Source: Alphaproteobacteria bacterium
GTDB lineage: Bacteria > Pseudomonadota > Alphaproteobacteria > GM7ARS4 > G965262615
Assembly: GCA_965262615.1 (NCBI GenBank)
Contig: OZ253545.1
Location: 1,216,001 to 1,280,000, forward strand
DNA: 64,000 bases
Direction of reading: 5' to 3'
The number at the start of each line of letters is the position of its first letter. The stretch's first letter is position 1. The notes beneath the pieces are model-generated. The model did not search any database. It had not been told where the DNA came from and saw only the letters and a list, made by a program, of their open reading frames with translations. This document shows positions 53,701 to 62,700 of the stretch, in pieces. Position numbers and translations under genes: made by a program.

Positions 53701-56700
53701 CGGTCAGATTGCCCGTTCCTGTGGCAATGGCGTGAATGCCATAAAGAGATGACTCATGGCGACCAGCATTGGTGGCAAACTGCACATTCGCTCCATTAAC
53801 AACAGTGACGGCGTTTCGTCCTTTGACATACAACCCCGCCTGACCACGATGGCGCACTTGCACATCACGCTTTGTGCCGGTGGTCTGATGATTGACCGTC
53901 AGATTGCCGCTCACCCGTGAGCCTTCCCGTGCCCCATCAATGCGCACACCATGACCCGTGCCATCCGAGTTGATGGTGGTGTCGGTCACATTGTTAATGG
54001 TGACGGTGAGATTGCCCGTGTGAACACCATCTTGCAAAGAGGTGATGTCTTGAAACAAACGCCGAGCATTGATGCCTGAATTGAGTTCGCTGACATTGCC
54101 GCCCGTGCAGGTGAGGGTGGTGCTGGCAAGGGCACAGGTCATGGTGGAGGCGGTGGTGTTGACCACCGCCATATTGCTCCAGCGCATCGTCAGAGCGGTG
54201 GGAATGGCGTTGGTGCTGGTGACACCCAGTTCAATAAAACCAACATATTCCGTGCTACCGTCTGACGAGAACAGACGCACCTGAGATGCCAAGTCCGCCA
54301 AATCAAAAACGCTATTGGGAACAAAAGCCGTGGCACTCAGAAGGGTGAAATAGTTTTGATCGCTGATGCTATACCCAGACGGCAGATACACATGCAATGC
54401 GGTGGGGTCTTGTCCCACCGTGCTATTGACATTCACACGCCCCGACAGAGTCATGGCGGTGTCAAAGACACTGGCGGTGCGACTCAGATAAAGCCCCATG
54501 GTGGTATTGGCATTGACGGTGAATGTCTCCAAGCCGGTCACGGTGACTCCTTTTGAGCCATTGGTGGAATTTCCCATAATCAGAGTACCGCCGCTGAGTG
54601 TCATGCTATCAGTGCCCCCGCCAAATGCCGATGTGCCGTTTGTCAGCGTCATTGTGCCGCCACTGACCGTCACACTGTCACTGCCCCCCGCCAGAGTGAT
54701 GCGCCCCGTGGCACTGCCGCCGTTCATGGTCATGGTGATGTTGCCTGCAAAGCTGGAATTGATAATCTCGCTCGCCGTGACCGTGCCAGATGTGAGGCGA
54801 ATGGTGGCTGTGTCGGCAGCTTCCCCGCCCGTCAAAGACACCGCCGCACCCGCCACATTAATTGTTCCCGTGTTGCTGATGGTCACCGCTTCGGTCGCCG
54901 TCCCCGCCGACACCTGTATGCCATGTGATGCCGTGCCAGAACCCGTAAGATTAATTGTTCCAGAATTTGTGATGCTCACCGTGCCAGAGCCAGCGTGATT
55001 CACCAAAATCCCCCGATGCCCTGTTCCGCAATTGGTGGTGCAGTTTGTCGCAAAGCCGATGGTGGCAGAATTGCTGATGCTCACACTGCCTGTTCCTGCC
55101 GAAATCGCCTCAATGCCGCGCAAGCCATTGTTGTAAGGTGTTCCAGAAAACACCAGATTGCCGCCGTTGGTAACACTCACGCCCGCCGCCGACTTCACAT
55201 ACAGAGCCGCTTTGTTCGTCCCTCGCACCTGAATATCTCGCTTGGTGGCAGAAGCGGTCTGATTATTGACCGTCATACTTCCCGTCACCCGAGAATCCGT
55301 CACCGTGCCATCCAGCTCAATGCCGTGACCTGTGCCCGCCGTGTTCACAGTCGCCGCCAGAGATGCCGTTGACGAGCCAAAATTAACCGTCAAATCACCC
55401 GTGAAAACACCGCTTGATAATGAATCAATCTTTCTAAAAATATCATCCAAATCAAAGCCATCCACAAACTCAAAACTGCTGGCACTGCCGCCACTGCAGG
55501 TGATGGCAGTGCTCACCAACCGACAGTTTAACGCCTCACCAATCGTCCCCCACGCCAACTGCAACTGACCTCCTGTGGCGCGCGATAAGGTGAAATCACC
55601 GTCATACACCGTACCATCATGACTGCGCACGACCAGACGGCGAGCCAACTCCGAGAAAGTCAGAGTGGATTGCAAAACAATCGCCGATGCATCAATCAAG
55701 GTAAACGCCGAACGACTCCCAGATGTATAGCCCGCAGGAAGAAACAACTCAAGGATGGGAGCATTTCGGTCATTGCTGCCATTGAAAGTCACCGTGCCGG
55801 ATATATCCACCTTGCCAAAAAGACTATCCAGATACAAACGCAGCGTGCTGTTCGCCGCCAGTGTGAAAGTCTCCAAGCCGGTGATGCTAATATAGCGTGA
55901 CACCTGTGTGCTGCTGCCAATCGCCATGATGCCGCGATTGGTGATGGAATCGGTGCCGCCACCAAAAGACGAATTGTAATTGATTGTCCAACTGCCGTTC
56001 GCAAAAACCGACACAGATTCATTGCCCGTTCCCCCCATGATGCCTCCCGTCACAATAGCATAAGAGCCAATATTCACGGTGCTGTTGCCACCAAACTGCT
56101 GACTCCAATAGGCAATCAACGCCGAGGTACGAGACCCATTGTTGAAACTAAGAGTGGCGGTTTTACCTGTTCCCCCCACCACATTGATGGCAATATCACG
56201 AGCCTCAATAATGCCCGTATTGTCAATGCTCACACTGGCAGCGGCACTTGATGATGGCAGTTCCGCAAGAATTCCCACCATGCCCACAGCATTGACGGTA
56301 TTGCTCACCCGAATGACACCCGCATTGACAATATCAATGTCCCCCGTGCCGATATGACTCGCCGCAATGCCACGATGATTTGCCCCACAGTTTGCAGTGC
56401 AAGCAGCAGAAAAGCCAATGGTGGTGGCAAAATTGTTGGTGACGGTCAGATCGCCCGTTCCTGTGGCAATGGCATGAATGCCATAAAGAGATGAGGCGTA
56501 TTGACTGTTATTGGTGGCAAACAACACATTGGCACCATTGGTCACGGTCACGGCGTTTCGTCCTTTGACATACAGCCCCGCCTGACCGCGATGGCTTACC
56601 CGCACGGTGCGCTTTGTGCCGGTGGTTTGATGATTGACCGTCAGACTGCCGCTCACCCGTGAGCCTTCCCGTGCCCCGTCAATACGCACACCGTGACCCG

Positions 56701-59700
56701 TGCCACCGGAATTAATGGTGGTGTCGGTCACATTATTAATGGTGACGGTGAGATTGCCCGTGTGAACACCATCTTGCAAAGAAGTGATGTCTTGAAACAA
56801 ACGGCGCGCATTGATGCCTGAATTGAGTTCGCTGGCATTGCCGCCCGTGCAGGTGAGGGTGGTGCTGGCAAGATTGCAACTCATGGTGGATGCCGTATTA
56901 TTGACCACCGCCATATTGCTCCAGCGCATCGTCAAAGCAGTGGGAATGGCATTGGTGCTGGTGACACCCAACTCAACAAAGCCCACATACTCCGTGCCAT
57001 CAGCGGCAAAAATACGCACTTGAGATGCCAAGTCCGCCAAATCAAAAACGCTATTGGGAACAAGAGCGGTAGCACTCAGAAGGGTGAAATAGTTTTGATC
57101 GCTAATGCTATACCCAGACGGCAGATACACATGCAATGCGGTGGGGTCTTGTCCCACCGCCGCATTGACATTCACACGCCCCGACAGAGTCATGGCGGTG
57201 TCAAAGACACTGGCGGTGCGACTCAGATAAAGTCCCATGGTGGTATTGGCATTGACGGTGAATGTCTCCAAGCCGGTCACGGTGACTCCTTTTGAGCCAT
57301 TGGTGGAATTCCCCATAATCAGCGTGCCATTGTTATTCACCGTGAGGCTATCTGTTCCACCGCCAAATGCCGATATTCCATTGGCAAGAGTGAGCGTTCC
57401 GCCATTCACCGTGACGGTGTCATTGCCGCCGCCGAGCGTGATGCGCCCCATTGCGCTGCCGCCGCTCATGGTCATGGTGATGTTGCCTGAAAAGGTGGAA
57501 TTGATGATTTCATTCGCCGTTACCGTGCCCGATGTCAAGTTGATGGTGGCGGCGGTGGTGGATGAGCCACCCGTCAAAGCAATCGCCGCCCCACTGCCCA
57601 CATTGATATTGCCAGAATTGGTGATGCTGACACTCCCACTGCCGCCGTGATTGACCAGTATGCCTCTATGGTTGCTGCCGCAATTGGTGGTGCAGTTTGT
57701 CGCAAAGCCGATGGTGGCAGAATTGGTGATGCTCACATTTCCCGTGCCTGCTGAGATCCCGTGAATGCCCCGCAAGCCATTGTTGTAAGGTGTTCCAGCA
57801 AACACCAGATTGCCGCCATTGGTGATGCTCACGCCCACAGATGATTTCACATACAGAGCGGCTTTGTTTGCTCCTCGCACCTGAATATCACGCTTGGTGG
57901 CAGGAGCGGTCTGATTATTGACCGTCATACTTCCCGTCACCCGAGAATCCGTCACCGTGCCATCCAACTCAATGCCATGACCCGTGCCCGCCGTGTTCAC
58001 AGTCGCCGCCAGAGACGCCGTTGCCGAGCCAAAATTAACCGTCAAATTCCCCGTGAAAACACCGCTTGATAATGAGCTGATTTTTCTGAAAATATCATCC
58101 AAATCAAAGCCACCCACAAACTCAAAACTGCTGGCACTGCCCCCACTGCAGGTGATGGCAGTGCTCACCAACCGACAGTTTAACGCCTCACCAATCGTCC
58201 CCCACGCCAACTGCAACTGACCTCCTGTGGCGCGCGATAAGGTGAAATCACCGTCATACACCGTACCATCATGACTGCGCACGACCAGACGGCGAGCCAA
58301 CTCCGAGAAAGTCAGAGTGGATTGCAAAACAATCGCCGATGCATCAATCAAGGTAAACGCCGAACGACTCCCAGATGTATAGCCCGCAGGAAGAAACAAC
58401 TCAAGGATGGGAGCATTTCGGTCATTGCTGCCATTGAAAGTCACCGTGCCGGATATATCCACCTTGCCAAAAAGACTATCCAGATACAAACGCAGCGTGC
58501 TGTTCGCCGCCAGTGTGAAAGTCTCCAAGCCGGTGATGCCAATATAGCGTGACACCTGTGTGCTGCTGCCAATCGCCATGATGCCGCGATTGGTGATGGA
58601 GTCCGTGCCACCACCAAAAGACGAACTGTAATTGATATTCCATGTGCCACCTGAGGCAACAGTCACCGTCTCATTGCCCGTTCCCCCCATGATGCCGCCC
58701 GTCACAGTGGCATTGGAAGCAATACCCACCGTGCTGTTGCCGCCAAACTGCTGACTCCAATACGCCATCAAAGACGACACACGAGAGCCACCGTTGAAAC
58801 GGATGGTGGCGGTTTTACCTGAGCCGCCCACCACATTGACGGCAATGTCACGAGCCTCAATCGTTCCCGTGTTGACAATGCTCACACTGGCAGCAGCACT
58901 TGATGATGGCAGTTCCGCAAGAATCCCCACCATGCCCACAGCATTGACGGTATTGCTCACCCGAATGACACCCGCATTGACAATATCAATGTCCCCCGTG
59001 CCGATATGACTCGCCGCAATGCCGCGATGATTTGTCCCACAGTTTGCAGTGCAAGCAGCAGAAAAGCCAATGGTGGTGGCAAAATTGTTGGTGACGGTCA
59101 GATCGCCCGTCCCCGTCGCTATGGCATAGATGCCATACAACGATGAGGCGTACCGATTATTATTGGTGGCAAACTGCACATTCGCTCCATTGACAACCGT
59201 CACACCACTGCGTCCCTTCACATACAACCCCGCCTGACCGCGATGGCGCACTTGCACATCACGCTTTGTGCCGGTGGTTTGATGATTGACCGTCAGACTG
59301 CCGCTCACCCGCGAGCCTTCCCGTGCCCCATCAATACGCACACCGTGACCCGTGCCACCCGAGTTAATGGTGGTGTCGGTCACATTGTTAATGGTGACGG
59401 TGAGATTGCCCGTGTGAACACCATCTTGAAGTGATGCCACATCTTGAAAAAGACGGCGGGCTTTGATGCCTGTCCCCAATTCACTGGCATTGCCGCCCGT
59501 GCAGGTGAGGGTGGTGCTGGCAAGGGCACAGGTCATGGTGGATGCTGTATTATTGACCACCGCCATATTGCTCCAACGAAGAGTGAGGGCGGTGGGAATG
59601 GCGTTGGTGCTGGTGACTCCCAACTCAACAAAGCCCACATACTCCGTGCCATCAGCGGCAAAAATACGCACTTGAGATGCCAAGTCCGCCAAATCAAAAA

Positions 59701-62700
59701 CGCTATTGGGAACAAGGGCGGTGGCACTCAGAAGGGTGAAATAGTTTTGATCAGCGACGCTATACCCAGACGGCAGATACACATGCAATGCGGTGGGGTC
59801 TTGTCCCACCGCCGCATTGACATTCACCCGCCCCGACAGAGTCAAAGCGGTGTCAAAGACACTGCCCGTGCGGCTTAAATAAAGCCCCATGGTGGTATTG
59901 GCATTGACGGTGAAGGTCTCCAAGCCAGTCACGGTGACTCCTTTTGAGCCATTGGTGGCATTTCCCATAATCAGAGTACCGCCGCTGAGTGTCATGCTAT
60001 CAGTGCCACCGCCAAATGCCGATGTGCCGTTTGTCAGTGTCATTGTGCCACCACTCACCGTCACGGTGTCATTACCACTGCCAAGAGTGATGCGCCCCGT
60101 GGCACCGCCGCCGTTCATGGTCATGGTGATGTTGCCTGCAAAGCTGGAATTGATAATCTCGCTTGCCGTCACCGTGCCAGATGTCAAACCGATGGTGGCG
60201 GCAGTGGTGGATGAACCCCCAGTCAAAGACACCGCCGCACCACTGCCCACATTGATATTGCCCGAATTGGTGATGCTGACCGTGCCAGAGCCACCGTGAT
60301 TCACCAGTATGCCTCTATGGTTGCTGCCGCAATTGGTGGTGCAATTGCTGGCAAAGCCGATGGTGGCAGAATTGTTTATGCTCACGCTGCCTGTGCCTGC
60401 CGAAATCCCATGAATTCCCCGTAGTCCATTGTTGTAAGGTGTTCCAGCAAACACCAGATTGCCGCCGTTGGTGATGGTCACGCCCACCGCCGATTTCACA
60501 TAGAGAGCCGCTTTGTTTGCTCCTCGCACCTGAATATCACGCTTGGTGGCAGGAGCGGTCTGATTATTGACCGTCATACTTCCCGTTACCCGAGAATCCG
60601 TCACCGTGCCATCCAACTCAATGCCATGACCCGTGCCCGCCGTGTTCACTGTCGCCGCCAAAGACTCCGTTGCCGAGCCGAGATTGACCGTCAAATCGCC
60701 CGTGAAAACACCGCTTGATAATGAACTGATTTTTCTAAAAATATCATCCAAATCAAAGCCACCCACAAACTCAAAACTGCTGGCACTGCCCCCACTGCAG
60801 GTGATGGCACTGCCCACCAACCGACAATTTAACGCCTCACCAATCGTCCCCCACGCCAACTGCAACTGACCTCCCGTGGCGCGCGATAAGGTGAAATCAC
60901 CATCATACACCGTGCCGTCATGACTGCGCACAATGAGACGGCGAGCCAACTCCGAGAAAGTCAGAGTGGATTGCAAAACAATCGCCGATGCATCAATCAA
61001 GGTAAACGCCGAGCGACTCCCAGAATCATAGCCCGCAGGAAGAAACAACTCAAGGATGGGAGCATTTCGGTCACTGCTGCCATTGAAGGTCACCGTGCCG
61101 GATATATCCACCTTGCCAAAAAGACTATCCAGATACAAACGCAGCGTGCTGTTCGCCGCCAGGGTGAAAGTCTCCAAACCCGTGATGCCAATATAGCGTG
61201 ACACCTGTGTGCTGCTGCCAATCGCCATGATGCCACGATTGGTGATGGAATCCGTGCCACCACCAAAAGACGAACTGTAATTGATATTCCATGTGCCACC
61301 TGAGGCAACAGTCACCGTCTCATTGCCCGTTCCCCCCGTGATGCCGCCCGTCACAATGGCATTAGAGGCAATGGTCACCGTGCTGTTGCCGCCAAACTGC
61401 CCACTCCAATAGGCCATCAAGGACGACACACGAGAGCCACCGTTGAAACGAATGGTGGCGGTTTTACCTGTTCCCCCCACCACATTGATGGCAATATCAC
61501 GAGCCTCAATAATCCCCGTATTGTCAATGCTCACACTGGCAGCGGCACTTGATGATGGCAGTTCCGCAAGAATCCCCACCATGCCCACAGCATTGACGGT
61601 ATTGGTAACCCGAATGACACCCGCATTGACAATATCAATGTCCCCCGTGCCGATATGACTCGCCACAATGCCGCGATGATTTGCCCCACAGTTTGCAGTG
61701 CAAGCAGCAGAAAAGCCAATGGTGGTGGCAAAATTGTTGGTGACGGTCAGATCGCCCGTCCCTGTGGCAATGGCGTGAATGCCATAAAGAGATGACTCAT
61801 GGCGACCAGCATTAGTGCCAAACAACACATTGGCACCATTGGTCACGGTCACGGCGTTTCTTCCTTTGACATACAGCCCCGCCTGACCGCGATGGCTTAC
61901 CTGCACGGTGCGCTTTGTCCCTGTGGTTTGATGATTGACCGTCAGATTGCCGCTCACCCGTGAGCCTTCCCGTGCCCCATCAATACGCACACCGTGACCC
62001 GTGCCATCCGAGTTGATGGTGGTGTCGGTCACATTGTTAATGGTGACGGTGAGATTGCCCGTGTGAACACCATCTTGAAGTGATGCCACATCTTGAAAAA
62101 GACGGCGGGCTTTGATGCCCGTCCCCAATTCACTGGCATTGCCGCCCGTGCAGGTGAGGGTGGTGCTGGCAAGGGCACAGCTCATGGTGGAAGCCGTATT
62201 ATTGACCACCGCCATATTGCTCCAACTCATCGTCAGAGCGGTGGGAATGGAATTGGTGGTGGTGACACCCAGCTCAATAAAACCAACATATTCGGTGCTG
62301 CCATCTGATGAGAACAGACGCACCTGAGATGCCAAGTCCGCCAAATCAAAAACACTATTGGGCACAAGAGCCGCAGCACTCAGAAGGGTGAAATAGTTTT
62401 GGTCGCTAATGCTATACCCAGACGGCAGATACACATGCAATGCGGTGGGGTCTTGCCCCACCGCCGCATTGACATTCACACGCCCCGACAGAGTCATGGC
62501 GGTGTCAAAAACACTGGCGGTGCGACTCAGATAAAGCCCCATGGTGGTATTGGCATTGACGGTGAATGTCTCCAAGCCGGTCACGGTGACTCCTTTTGAG
62601 CCATTGGTGGAATTTCCCATAATCAGCGTGCCATTGTTATTCACCGTGACGCTATCTGTTCCACCGCCAAATGCCGATGTGCCATTGGCGAGCGTGAGTG